Assembly (NCBI GenBank): GCA_965214405.1
Contig: OZ243956.1
Location: 3,808,001-3,872,000, forward strand
Reading direction: 5' to 3'
Source of the DNA: Trueperaceae bacterium
Lineage (GTDB): Bacteria > Deinococcota > Deinococci > Deinococcales > Trueperaceae
Length of the DNA: 64,000 nucleotides
Numbering within the stretch: the first letter of the stretch is position 1; the number at the start of each line of letters is the position of its first letter. Below the pieces are notes generated by a model. The model did not search any database and was not told the origin of the DNA. It saw only the letters and a list, made by a program, of their open reading frames with translations. A program made the position numbers and the translations under genes. Of the stretch, positions 18,255 through 28,384 are shown piece by piece.

Positions 18255-19208
18255 ATGGTAGCCAGAGACTCCCTCTCTCTCGACCCCCTGGGCGCGCTGA
18301 GCGGACTTTCCGAGGGCGTCATCCTCGTGCAGGCGGGGCGGGTGCGGTGGCTCAATGCGGCGGCGACCCGGTTTTTGGAGGTGGAGCCCGCGCACACGGT
18401 CGGCTTGCCGCTCATCGCGGTGCTCCGCGACCACCGGCTCGAGCGCGTCTATCTAGAGGGCGCCGAGGAGGAGCTCGAGACCCGCGGGCGCATCCTCTTG
18501 GCCCGGCCCATCCCCGGCGGCTTGTCTCTCACAGACGTGAGCGAGCTGCGCCGCACCCAAGAGAGCGCGCGCGAACTTTTGGCCGTGCTTTCGCACGAAT
18601 TAAGAACCCCCGCCACCACGATCCGCGCGACCTTAGAGGCGCTCCGCTTCGAGATGCCCGAGGCGCAGCGGGCGCGCTTTTTGGAGCGCGCCGAGGGAGA
18701 GGCCGACCGGCTCATCCGCCTCCTAGAAGACCTCACCGTGGACGTGAAGCCGCCGCAACTGCGCCGCCTTTCGCTCTGCGAAGCCGTGTCACGCGCCCGC
18801 GCCCTGTTACAAACCACGCTTCAAACGCATGACGTGACCCTGGAACTTAGCGTGCCGCCCCTGACCGTCTGGGCCGACGCGGACAAACTCTTACAGGTGC
18901 TCATCAATCTGCTCGAGAACGCCGCCATCCACGGCCCCGACCACGCGACGGTTTTTCTAAAAGCCGCGCCCGACCCGGGCGACCCCCGCTACGCGCGCGT
19001 CGTCGTGCAAGACCAGGGACCGCCGCTCCCTATAAACACCGTCGAGCGCCTTTTCGAACCCCACGCCCGAGGCGCGTCGGTCAAGGCGCGCGGCACCGGC
19101 TTGGGGCTCTACATCGTGCGCTCGGTGGCCCAACGCTGGGGCGGGCAGGCCTGGGGGCGGCCGCTCGAGGGTGGTAACGAGTTTGGGTTTAGCGTTCTTC
19201 TCAAGTAG
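18255..19208 (+). CDS. phoR: Sensor histidine kinase, PhoR-like, no TM segment
   Basis: SHELRTP H-box, NLLENA, DQGP and GTGLGL; N-terminal PAS-like region. Confidence 0.8.
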   Translation: MVARDSLSLDPLGALSGLSEGVILVQAGRVRWLNAAATRFLEVEPAHTVGLPLIAVLRDHRLERVYLEGAEEELETRGRILLARPIPGGLSLTDVSELRRTQESARELLAVLSHELRTPATTIRATLEALRFEMPEAQRARFLERAEGEADRLIRLLEDLTVDVKPPQLRRLSLCEAVSRARALLQTTLQTHDVTLELSVPPLTVWADADKLLQVLINLLENAAIHGPDHATVFLKAAPDPGDPRYARVVVQDQGPPLPINTVERLFEPHARGASVKARGTGLGLYIVRSVAQRWGGQAWGRPLEGGNEFGFSVLLK

Positions 19209-19394
19209 CGGGTGCGGACGCGTTACCGTTCGGAGCACCCTTCAAAAGATGGTTACCTGCTTTGGTGGACTCGGGCTAAAAACCACGATAAACAGCCTGC
19301 GTCATCCTCGAGCCACGCCGCCAAAGGATAGTCCATGAGGGGCGAGCGCGGTCACGTTTAAGTGACGCGACTTAATAGACTTGATGAAGGTTGA

Positions 19395-19422
19395 ACAAAG
19401 GAAAACCCCGCACTCGGCGGGG
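19395..19422 (-). terminator. Intrinsic terminator of tRNA-Ala
   Basis: CCCCGC-5nt-GCGGGG stem followed on the minus strand by TTTTCCTTTGT. Confidence 0.75.
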
Positions 19423-19456
19423 CTCGTCTGCGTCCTTCAAGCATTTGTTACCTTTT

Positions 19457-19533
<77 letters not shown>

Positions 19534-19544
19534 AGGCAAAAAAC

Positions 19545-19574
19545 AGTCTAACGGTCTGGTCGCGGTATTGTCAA
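19545..19574 (-). promoter_or_regulatory. sigma70-type promoter of tRNA-Ala
   Basis: TTGACA-18 nt-TAGACT, 11 nt upstream of the tRNA. Confidence 0.8.
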
Positions 19575-19713
19575 TGTTAACAAGCTTTCATCATGATGAT
19601 TATAGAACGCGCTTCTGCTTTGGTAAAAAAGTACCGGGTACCGAGTTGTAAGCTTTCTTAGTACGCATCTCTCTAAACGCTCCCAAAGGTCTTGATAGTA
19701 AAAGCCCGCCACG

Positions 19714-21060
19714 TTGACTAATGTTAACAGCAATTGGTTGCGCTTTAACCAACTCGTTGATGTATTGGGGAGCATCTTTGAGGGGATGCAAGACAGCAGG
19801 GGGAAGAACAAACAGTACAGCTTGAGCGAGATAGGGCTGGCGGCGTTACGGGCAGGCCGCCCTGCCGTTGCGTTCTCAGTGTTCTTCATGCAAAACGCCT
19901 CGTTTCTGGAATGGCAACGCGAGGTGAGCGCGCGCAAAGGCCGGAGCAACGTGCAGAGCTTGTTTAGCTTGGAGCGCATAGCGAGTGACGAACAGATCAA
20001 GAACGTGCTCGACGAGCACTCGCCCGACGCGCTGGCTGTGGCTTACCGCTACGTGGTGCGCGAACTTGCTGCGGCAGGTCTTCTTAGGCAGCACTTCGAG
20101 CACGCGGGTCGGGTACTGGTAGCACTTGACGGCACGCAGTACCATAGCTCGGAGCGGGTGAGTTGCGAACGCTGCAACAAGATAGACAAGGGTGGCAAAA
20201 CACGCTGTACCCACAGCGTCGTATTGCCGGTCATGCTTAGTGCAGGGGCTCACGAGGTGCTCTGTTTAGAGCCTGAGTTCGTTCTATGCGAAGACGGTAG
20301 CGACAAACAAGATTGTGAGAGCGCGGCGGCTAAGCGTTGGCTCTCGTACAAACTGTCCGAGTACGGACTGGGGCGGGTGGTCATTTTGGGTGACGACCTC
20401 TACTGCCATCAGCCCACCTGTGAGCGCGTGCTCGAACAAGGCTGTGACTTCATCTTCGTGTGCAAGCCGAGCTCGCACAAGACGCTCTACGACTACCTCT
20501 CGCTCAGCCCCGTCCAAGAAGTGACGCTTCTACAGGGTCAGGGTAAGAAACAGCGCAGCCTTTGCTACCGCTTTGCTAACGACCTACCGCTACGCGACGG
20601 CAGGGACGCTCTTACTGTGAACTGGTGCGAAGTCACTGAGCGAGATGCTAACGGCAAGACGCTCTACCACAACACCTTTGCGACTAACCTCTCCTTGAGC
20701 CTACGAACCATTGTCCGCGTCGTTACCTGGGGCCGGGCGAGGTGGAAAGTCGAGAACGAGGGCAACAACGTCCTGAAAACCAAAGGCTACAACTTTGAGC
20801 ACAACTTTGGGCATGGCAAGCAGCATCTCTCGACCATGCTGTTGTCGCTCATGCTGCTCGCTTTTCTGCTTCACTCGCTCTTTGACCTGCTTGACGCGCG
20901 TTACCAGGCCATTCGCGCCCGCTTAGGGCCCCGTTCCACCTTCTTTGGCGACTTGCGCACCCTGACGCGTTTTCACCTCTTTGACTCCTGGGCTCAGCTC
21001 TTACTCTTTAGGGCCCAAGGGCTTGAACTTAATGAGGTCTTAGAGCTTGATTCTACTTGA
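19714..21060 (+). mobile_element. ISNCY-type DDE transposase
   Basis: ALDGT, KQDCE, LGDDLY and GRARWKVENEGNNVLKTKGYNFEHNFGHG. Terminal inverted repeats were not identified. Confidence 0.88.
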
Positions 21061-21249
21061 ACGATTAAATTTGGAACTGCTGGAGCCAAGGGTGCATCCT
21101 GCTGAGGGGGGACAAGCAGGACTGTAGCTGAGTAGATCGGATTCTTTGGTGAAAGGTGAGCGGGGTTGGAAGCAGGCGCTGGAGGAGTCAAGCTTCTCCT
21201 GAACAAACCCCGGTGAGGTATCGAGTATCGAGTGAGGTGTTGGCGCGTT

Positions 21250-21675
21250 CTAAAGGGCTTCTCCGTGGAGGGTGACCGTCAGCGTCCGCGCGCTCCCCCG
21301 GTCGCGGTGCTCGCAGAGGTAAAGACCTTGCCAGGTGCCCAGCACGAGCGCGCCGTTTTTGATAGGAATGGTGAGCGAACTCCCCAGCAGCGACGCCTTG
21401 ATGTGCGCGGGCATGTCGTCGGGACCCTCGAGCGTGTGCTCAAAATAGGGCGCGTCCTCGGGTACCGCGCGGTTAAAGTACCGCTCAAAGTCGCCGCGCA
21501 CATCGCTCGAGGCGTTCTCGTTCAGCGTCAGACTCGCCGAGGTGTGGTGGATAAACACGTGCATGAGGCCGACGCGGACGTTTTGTAGGTCTGGAAGTTG
21601 TGACGTAACCTCACGCGTGATGAGATGAAAGCCGCGCGGTAGGGGCTCGAGCACGATCTCTTTTTGCTGCCACAT
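21250..21675 (-). CDS. yjbQ: YjbQ/UPF0047 family protein
   Basis: HTSASLTLNEN, EGPDDMPAHIK and LGTWQG.YLCEHR. Confidence 0.93.
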   Translation of the reverse strand: MWQQKEIVLEPLPRGFHLITREVTSQLPDLQNVRVGLMHVFIHHTSASLTLNENASSDVRGDFERYFNRAVPEDAPYFEHTLEGPDDMPAHIKASLLGSSLTIPIKNGALVLGTWQGLYLCEHRDRGSARTLTVTLHGEAL

Positions 21676-21687
21676 AAGGCGAGTGTA

Positions 21688-22563
21688 TCAGCTCCGGGCT
21701 TTGAGCCGAGCTAACCGTCTCCAGCCCTGTTTTTCGAATTCTACATCTTTATGGTTACGCGCCCACACGATGGTGCTTAAAGCGCCCAGCGCGGCGCAAC
21801 GCTCTAACACACCCTCTTCCTCCCTCAAGTCTCGCCCGTAGCCGTTCAAAAATGCCGCGCGTAAATCGGGCCGCTCCGGCCATAGGTCAGCCCAGAGGCG
21901 CTCGAGGTCGAAAATCCACCCGTCGGGACGGGCGTGTTCAAAATCAATCACATAAAGTTTGCCGCTCTCCGCGAGCCAATTGCGCGCAGTGTAGTCGCGG
22001 TGGCAGGGGACGCGGGTGAAGTTCGCAAGCGAGGGCAGGGCTTCGGCGACTCGAGCCCTCACCCAGGCGATATCTTCGGGAGGCAGCACGCCCTCGGCTC
22101 GAGCCGTCCACGCCTCCGTGCGTTTTTTCAGGGCCTCGGCCAGCGTCAGCGTATCGGTGTCCTCAAAAGGCACATCGTGTAGCCGCCGCAAGAACGCCCC
22201 GGCTTGACGGTGCAAATCGTGCTCTTCACGCGCGGAAAGCTTCATCCGCTCCACCAGCTCACCCGGCGCGGCGGAGAGCAGGAGGGTCTGGGCCTCCCGT
22301 TGATGCTCGAGCAGCCTCGGGGTCAGGGGCGACAGGTGAGGCGTCCAGGCCTGGTAGGCGTGCAGTTCCTGCTCGAATTTGCGCGTCTGGCGGTGCTTTT
22401 TGAGAAAAACCCGCCCCGTCTCCGTCGAAAGTTCCCAAACATCCGACTCGGCGTGGTCCCAGCCGCAAAAGCGGAGGGAGGTGATAACGGCGCCCCGGTC
22501 TGTGAGATATTGACGGGCGAAGAGGCTTTCTTTTGACGCTGTGTCACGCCGCCGGTTCACCAC
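21688..22563 (-). CDS. Aminoglycoside/choline phosphotransferase-family kinase
   Basis: HRDYTARN catalytic loop, IDFE and L..LH. Confidence 0.85.
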   Translation of the reverse strand: MVNRRRDTASKESLFARQYLTDRGAVITSLRFCGWDHAESDVWELSTETGRVFLKKHRQTRKFEQELHAYQAWTPHLSPLTPRLLEHQREAQTLLLSAAPGELVERMKLSAREEHDLHRQAGAFLRRLHDVPFEDTDTLTLAEALKKRTEAWTARAEGVLPPEDIAWVRARVAEALPSLANFTRVPCHRDYTARNWLAESGKLYVIDFEHARPDGWIFDLERLWADLWPERPDLRAAFLNGYGRDLREEEGVLERCAALGALSTIVWARNHKDVEFEKQGWRRLARLKARS

Positions 22564-22930
22564 TCAGCCTCTACCCGTCCGTCAGGAAAATGATCGGCAA
22601 AAATAATTGGCAGCCTTTCTCGCCCTATATCTTCGTACATATGCGCCAGCGGGGACAAAGGCTCCAACCCAAAAATGGGAGAAGTCCAGAGACAATCCTT
22701 TAGTAGGGGGTAACGCTTCAACCGGCCTCCCAAATCTTCATACCATTTGAAGAGAACTCGAGAACCATCTCTAGTCCTCTTTATGAGACGACGACCTTTT
22801 GAAAGATTCACACTACCGTTCCCCCGGTACCAGGTACTCTCTCCGAACGCTCCCAAAAAGACTTGATGATAAAAGCCCGGTGCGTCCCTCTACCCCTCAT
22901 TCGGCGTTGCTGCAAATGTTAGCCTAAAGC

Positions 22931-24487
22931 GTGCCCCCCACGTTTCCGTTCCGAAGCTACCGCGCGGGCCAGCTCGAGGCCATTGAAGCCGCGCGCGCCG
23001 CGTTTGAGCGTGGCAAGCGCTTTGTGGTCATCGAAGCGCCCACGGGTTCGGGCAAGTCGGCCATCGCGGTGACGCTAGCGCGCGAGGCCAAAAGCGCCTA
23101 CGTGTTGACCGCCCAAAAGCTCCTCCAGGAGCAGTATCTGCGCGACTTTCCCGACTTGTCGCTCATGAAAGGCCGGAGCAACTACCCCTGCTTGGTCGCG
23201 CCTACGCACGCCGCCGCCGCGCCCTGCATTGCGGGTCGCAGGTTCCCCGAGTGCGACGACTGCCCCTACTTTTGCGCCAAGGACGAGGCGATGGCCGCCA
23301 AAGGCACCATCCTCAACTACGCGTACTACTTGGCGGAACTCAACTATTCGGGCGGCTTTGGCCCCCGAGACTTACTCGTCTTGGACGAGGCGCATAACGC
23401 CGAGGGCGCGCTCATGGGCTTTATCGAGGTGACGCTCTCGGACGCGATGCTGAGGCGCGTCGGGATTTCTGAAACCATCCCGCAGATGGGTGAGGACTAC
23501 GGGTATTTCGACTTTGCCGAGGACATTTTGCCGCTCCTCTCGAGCCGTAGCCGGGAGCTCGAGCATGAGCTTAAGAAAGACGGTTCAAAGGGTGGGGGCA
23601 ACGCCGAGGTGGCGCTCTTGCAGATGCAGCACAAGCGGTGGCTCGACAACCAGCGCGGGCGCTTGGAACTCCTCCTGGGGAGCCGTGAGGAGGATTACGT
23701 CGAGTGGACCGTCGAGCGGCGGGGCGGCGCGGACGGGCAAACGCTGAGCTTTAAGCCCGTCAAGGTGGCGTCGTTCGCCGAGCCGCTTCTTTTCGGTTTC
23801 GGCGAGCGCGTCTTGATGCTCTCCGCGACGATTCTCGACCCACCCACGTATCTTCGCTCGTTGGGCGTCGACCCGGACGCCGCCGAGGTCATTACCGTCG
23901 CGTCACATTTCCCGCCTCAAAACCGGCCCATCTACCCCCGCCCGACCGCGCGGCTCACGCGGCACTATCTGGAAGCGGATTTGCCCAAGCTCGTCGCCGA
24001 AATTGCCGAGCTTTTTGAGGCGCACCCGCACGACAAGGGGCTCATCCACGCGCACTCGTATAAAATCTCGAGCACCATCGCCCGCAGCCTCCCGGCGCGC
24101 TACCACGACCGCCTGATTACCCACTACAGCGCCGACGGGCGCGAGGCCGCGCTCGAGGCCCACAGCCTTTCGCCTCACCCGACCGTCCTGCTAACGCCGA
24201 GCATGACCGAGGGCATCGACTTGTCCGACGACTTGTCGCGCTGGCAGGTTATCTGCAAAATCCCTTACCCCTACTTAGGCGACCCGCAAATTGCGCGCCG
24301 CAAAGCTTTGGACCCCGCCTGGTACGACTGGCGCACCTGCCTGACCGTCGTGCAGGCCTACGGCAGGAGCGTCCGCAGCGCTGAAGATTTTGCGGTGACG
24401 TACGTGTTAGACGCCGACTTTCCGGCTTTTGTCAAGCGGCAAAGAAAACGGTTGCCGGGCTGGTTTTTAGAGGCGATTCAGGAGTGA
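22931..24487 (+). CDS. DinG/XPD-family (SF2) helicase with putative Fe-S cluster
   Basis: APTGSGKS, KGRSNYPC...C...C..CPY, DEAH, MLSAT, EGID and QAYGRSVRS. Confidence 0.88.
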   Translation: MPPTFPFRSYRAGQLEAIEAARAAFERGKRFVVIEAPTGSGKSAIAVTLAREAKSAYVLTAQKLLQEQYLRDFPDLSLMKGRSNYPCLVAPTHAAAAPCIAGRRFPECDDCPYFCAKDEAMAAKGTILNYAYYLAELNYSGGFGPRDLLVLDEAHNAEGALMGFIEVTLSDAMLRRVGISETIPQMGEDYGYFDFAEDILPLLSSRSRELEHELKKDGSKGGGNAEVALLQMQHKRWLDNQRGRLELLLGSREEDYVEWTVERRGGADGQTLSFKPVKVASFAEPLLFGFGERVLMLSATILDPPTYLRSLGVDPDAAEVITVASHFPPQNRPIYPRPTARLTRHYLEADLPKLVAEIAELFEAHPHDKGLIHAHSYKISSTIARSLPARYHDRLITHYSADGREAALEAHSLSPHPTVLLTPSMTEGIDLSDDLSRWQVICKIPYPYLGDPQIARRKALDPAWYDWRTCLTVVQAYGRSVRSAEDFAVTYVLDADFPAFVKRQRKRLPGWFLEAIQE

Positions 24488-24939
24488 TTGATGAGAGCTG
24501 GTACACCCGTCCTGAAGGGGTGCCCGACCGCACCTCGGCGGGGGGCGTGGTGGTGCGGCTCGAGGCCGACCGTCTCCTCGTCGCGTTGGTGGGAGGCGAG
24601 GGCGCGCGCAGGGGCTACATCCTCCCCAAGGGCGGCGTTGAATCAGGAGAAAGTCTAGAAGGGGCGGCGCGGCGCGAAATTGAGGAGGAGGCGGGACTGT
24701 CGCAGCTTGTGTTTTTAAGAGCGTTGGATGTGCTCGAGCGCCTCAACTGGGCCAGGACGTGCTGGACGACGGTGCATTATTTTCTTTTTCTCACAGAGCA
24801 AGTGGAGGGCAAACCGACGGATGAGGAGTATGACTACCGGCTCGAGTGGTTTCCTTTAGACGCCCTACCCGACCTCTTCTGGCCCGAGCAGCGGCGGTTG
24901 ATTGAAGAAAACCGTGAGGCTATTAAAGCTGCACTTTAG
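24484..24939 (+). CDS. NUDIX hydrolase
   Basis: GGVESGESLEGAARREIEEEAGL Nudix box. Confidence 0.92.
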   Translation: MIDESWYTRPEGVPDRTSAGGVVVRLEADRLLVALVGGEGARRGYILPKGGVESGESLEGAARREIEEEAGLSQLVFLRALDVLERLNWARTCWTTVHYFLFLTEQVEGKPTDEEYDYRLEWFPLDALPDLFWPEQRRLIEENREAIKAAL

Positions 24940-26105
24940 AAGTAATCCGCCAGAGCCATATACGAAGTGCGGCCCCCCACGAGAGAAAGAAGCGCGTCTA
25001 TAAATTTTGCGTCACCCTCAACCAGCCCGGTGCGTTGCGCCGTCCGCGTGTTCACGCCCCCCGAAAGCAGGAGGGGCAGCGCGCGCACGTCGAGACTGAC
25101 GTCCGCGTCCTCCGCTTCTATCTTTTCGACTTTAGTCCCGCTCGGAGAAAGCTCGAGCCCAAACCCCCCCTCGTTCCACGTGCAAAAGTCATCATGAACC
25201 TTTAACGTAAAGCTGAGGGTGTCTTTGCTGAGAAGCCCATGAAGCGCCCGCGGCACGTCCACCACCCGCGCTTGGAAGCTCGAGCGGTTGGCCTCCACAT
25301 GACCTTGCAAATCAAAGAGCAGCGGCTCGTCCCCCGGCAGGTGCAGCCGCACCCTGTCCGCCTGACCGTAAAAGGAGCCGATGAAGCGCCACAAACGGCT
25401 CCGCCCTTCAGGAGAGCTGTAGGCGTAGTCTTTTACCGTGAGCGTCATCATGTTCGCTGCGTCATTAAAGGTGAGGCTCAGGACGCAGTAGGCGCCGTCA
25501 AGTTCATAAATGAAGCGCTCACGCGTTTCCCAGGCTCTAAAAAGGATGTTGCTCCAGCTTCCGTGGACGCGCTCGCCCCGCTTGCGGGTGAAGTTGTAAC
25601 CCGCGGCCCAGCGCGCGTAGGTGGGCTCGAGGCGGCTCAACTCGTCCTTCGTCAGCCTTTTCGCGCCGGGCGCGCGTCCCCCAAAAAGCTTGTCGCTTGG
25701 GCAGGTAATAACAAAGCCGCTGGGGACGCTCCCCCAGCCGTAGCGCGCGTAGTAGCGGGGGTCGAAGGGGTACTCCACACACCAGCCCACGCCTTGCGCG
25801 CGGAGGTTTGAAAGCGCGTCTTTGAGAAGCGCCTCGACGTGCCCGCGCCGCCGATATTCGGGCGCGCTCAGCACGCTCGCCAAGCCGCCCATCGGCACGG
25901 GCTGGCCCGCAAAAAACATCTCGAACGGGTAAACGACGGCGGCGCTCGTGAGCGTGTCGCCGTCGAAGAAGCCGCGCGTGTAGGGAAGGCGGTCCACATG
26001 CCGCTGCCGCGCCTCCGGGGTGCTGTAGTCGGACGTGTCCAGATAGGCCACTTGCCGGATGGCGAAGAGTTGCGGCAGGTCGTCCTCGGTGAGAAAACGG
26101 ATCAC
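24936..26105 (-). CDS. Eis-family GNAT acetyltransferase
   Basis: V...PEYRRRG, YPF...YY.RYG and RVVDV; C-terminal SCP2-like domain with D.FC.WN.G. Confidence 0.88.
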   Translation of the reverse strand: MIRFLTEDDLPQLFAIRQVAYLDTSDYSTPEARQRHVDRLPYTRGFFDGDTLTSAAVVYPFEMFFAGQPVPMGGLASVLSAPEYRRRGHVEALLKDALSNLRAQGVGWCVEYPFDPRYYARYGWGSVPSGFVITCPSDKLFGGRAPGAKRLTKDELSRLEPTYARWAAGYNFTRKRGERVHGSWSNILFRAWETRERFIYELDGAYCVLSLTFNDAANMMTLTVKDYAYSSPEGRSRLWRFIGSFYGQADRVRLHLPGDEPLLFDLQGHVEANRSSFQARVVDVPRALHGLLSKDTLSFTLKVHDDFCTWNEGGFGLELSPSGTKVEKIEAEDADVSLDVRALPLLLSGGVNTRTAQRTGLVEGDAKFIDALLSLVGGRTSYMALADYF

Positions 26106-26602
26106 GCCGGTTCCTCCACCAAGGGGTTCTCCTGGTCGTTCTGCTCAATCGGGTCAAAAGGAAGATGGGTGGGGCGCTCGAGGTTCGTTTTTAGCACCAT
26201 CGTCGTTTCGGTGCGCTCGACGCCCTCCAAAACCCAGAGCCGGTCCAAAAAGCTGTCCAAGTCTTTGGTGCTGCCGACGCGCACCTTGGCGATATAGCCG
26301 TAAGACCCCGCGACCGCGTGCAGCTCCTCGATTTCGGGCAGCTTGATGAGGTTATCGACCAAATTCGCCCCCGGATTGCGCGGCTGCGGCGCGATGGCGA
26401 CAAAGGCGCAAATAGGCAGCCCGAGCGCGTCCGCGTCAAACACCGCGCGGTAGCCCTTGACCACGCCCGCGGCCTCGAGCTTACGCACGCGTTCGCCCAC
26501 CGCCGGGGCCGACAGCCCCACCTCCTTGGCGATCGTCGCGTGCGAGGCGCGCCCGTTCTCGCGGAGGATGCTGAGAATGCTTTGGTCAACCGCGTCAAAC
26601 AT
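26102..26602 (-). CDS. Lrp/AsnC transcriptional regulator
   Basis: D..D..IL..L..NGR.S...IA..VGLS..AV.ERV.KLE..GV HTH. Confidence 0.93.
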   Translation of the reverse strand: MFDAVDQSILSILRENGRASHATIAKEVGLSAPAVGERVRKLEAAGVVKGYRAVFDADALGLPICAFVAIAPQPRNPGANLVDNLIKLPEIEELHAVAGSYGYIAKVRVGSTKDLDSFLDRLWVLEGVERTETTMVLKTNLERPTHLPFDPIEQNDQENPLVEEPA

Positions 26603-26736
26603 GAAACAAGCTAACATACCGGCTTGACGAGGAATCCTAAAGGCTTTTCAACGGCTCAAAAATTTGAGATTTCCCAGGACAATATTCGAGGATGAACACC
26701 TCATGCAAACGCCCAAAGCTCTTATATGTGTAGACT

Positions 26737-27429
26737 CTACAACGCCGCGACGTGCAAGAGCAGCATCATAAAGTAGCTCGCGCCGCCCGCCAGCACAAAC
26801 AGGTGCCAGAGTTCGTGGTGGCCGAACACGCCGGGGTAGGGGTCGGGGCGCTCGAGGGCGAACACCACCGCGCCGACCGAGTAGAGGATGCCGCCCAAAA
26901 AGAGCAGGAACAACCCGCCCGCGGGCAGCGTCTCTTTGATGGGCACGATGACGAAAATCGCCAGCCAACCGAGCAGCAGATAAAAACTCGTCGAGAGCCA
27001 GTAAGGGGCGTCGAGCCAAAGAATTTTGAACACCATCCCGAGCAGTGCGAGCCCCCAGATGAGGCAGAAAAAGCCCCAGCCGAGCGCGGCACTTCGTTCT
27101 TTGAGGATAATCAGCGCGACGGGCGTGTAGCTCCCGGCGATTAAGGCAAAGATACCGACGTGGTCGAGCCTCAGCAGCAAGCGCCGCCTGGCGGGGCCTA
27201 CCTTGAGGCCGTGGAAGAGCGAGGAGGCGAGGTAGAGCAGCACGGAACTTATCCCGTAAACGGCGAACGAGGCTATGTAGAGCGGTCTGCCCCAAGACTT
27301 TGTCAGAAGCATCGCCATCCCGAAGGCGCTAAAAACCGCGCCCAGGAGGTGCGTGAGGCAGTTGACCGGCTCGTGCAGATAACGGCTCAAAAATTCGATG
27401 GAGGAGGGTCTGGCGTTGAGCTGTCTCAT
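26737..27429 (-). CDS. Hemolysin III / PAQR family membrane protein
   Basis: EPVNCLTH, SSLFH, LDHVGIFALIAGSYTP and HELWHLFVLAG. Confidence 0.92.
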   Translation of the reverse strand: MRQLNARPSSIEFLSRYLHEPVNCLTHLLGAVFSAFGMAMLLTKSWGRPLYIASFAVYGISSVLLYLASSLFHGLKVGPARRRLLLRLDHVGIFALIAGSYTPVALIILKERSAALGWGFFCLIWGLALLGMVFKILWLDAPYWLSTSFYLLLGWLAIFVIVPIKETLPAGGLFLLFLGGILYSVGAVVFALERPDPYPGVFGHHELWHLFVLAGGASYFMMLLLHVAAL

Positions 27430-27594
27430 ACGCCATTATGACAAAATTCGCTCGAAAACGATGTCCGGTTATCACAGTAAAGCTTGGCGAGGGATAAGAA
27501 ACACCACAGTCTGCAACGCCATTATCTCACACTCCTGATGCCTTGAAGCGGCGCGTTTCCTTTACAATCTCGAGCGAGGGTTTACAATCTCTTC

Positions 27595-27966
27595 ATGAAC
27601 GACTCCCCAAACGTCCAAATTTTTGGCACCAACAAATCTCAAGACACCAAAAAGGCGCTGCGCTTTTTTAAGGAGCGGGGCATCAAGCCGCAGTTCGTCG
27701 ACCTCAAGGAGCGCGACATTGCGCCGGGCGAGTTGAAGCGTTTCGTGCAAAAAGCTGGTCTCAACGCGCTCCTCAACACTTCCGGCAAGGCGTACGAGAA
27801 AGCGGGCCTCGAGTACCTGCGCGTCGGCGACGAGGAACTGACGCAAAAACTTATTGACGACCCCGCGCTGATGGTGCAGCCCCTCGTGCGGAGCGGCGGC
27901 GCGCTGACGGTGGGCTGGGATGAAGAGGCGTGGCGGGCGTGGTACGAGGCGCAAAAGGAAGCGTGA
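27595..27966 (+). CDS. ArsC/Spx/YffB-family protein
   Basis: QIFG...S..TKKALRFFKER and P.L...PLVR. Confidence 0.85.
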   Translation: MNDSPNVQIFGTNKSQDTKKALRFFKERGIKPQFVDLKERDIAPGELKRFVQKAGLNALLNTSGKAYEKAGLEYLRVGDEELTQKLIDDPALMVQPLVRSGGALTVGWDEEAWRAWYEAQKEA

Positions 27967-28171
27967 GACAGTCCAGAGTTTAAGGCGAAGCGCTCTAGAA
28001 AAGTTTGTGTTCACTCTATAGTCTTTTGTCACTCAAGCTTTCGCTGGCTACTTCGACAATCCGCTAGCCCCTCGAGCATCACCTGTGATTCCCAAACCTG
28101 CGACGTTTGAGCCTCGACTTGGCTCACAAGCGCTTTTGCTTGGGCGTTTATCCCGGCAACCATCTTTACAA

Positions 28172-28384
28172 CTATCTCAACGACAGCGCGGCGGGTGAGC
28201 CCTGCTGGCTCGTCCGAAAAAGTTTCTTAGGCTTTGAGCGGGGTGCATTCTGGTGTACGGGTTGGGCGAGCGCCTCGAGCGTTAGCCCTAACGCGTCTAG
28301 ACCCTCGCGTACCCCTTCGTCTACCTCCCCGTCGAGCCGCATTTCTCCCGTAGCGGTGTTGATGATCATGATGGTGTGGTTCAC
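28172..28384 (-). CDS. Small hypothetical protein (70 aa)
   Basis: GTG start with GGAGG RBS in an otherwise empty intergenic gap; palindromic sites upstream. Confidence 0.5.
   Translation of the reverse strand: MNHTIMIINTATGEMRLDGEVDEGVREGLDALGLTLEALAQPVHQNAPRSKPKKLFRTSQQGSPAALSLR

Noticed and set aside
19575..21085. Terminal inverted repeats for the ISNCY element
   Set aside because: The likely right end (ATTTGGAACTGCTG near 21069-21082) has no convincing complement upstream; CAGCAATT at ~19728 is only a weak match.
22557..22856. 99-aa low-GC ORF
   Set aside because: TTG start inside a dispersed repeat and no recognisable motif. It may be a gene remnant but cannot be supported as a CDS.
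21688..26105. APH-like and Eis-like genes as antibiotic-resistance determinants
   Set aside because: Only superfamily motifs are visible; substrate cannot be inferred.
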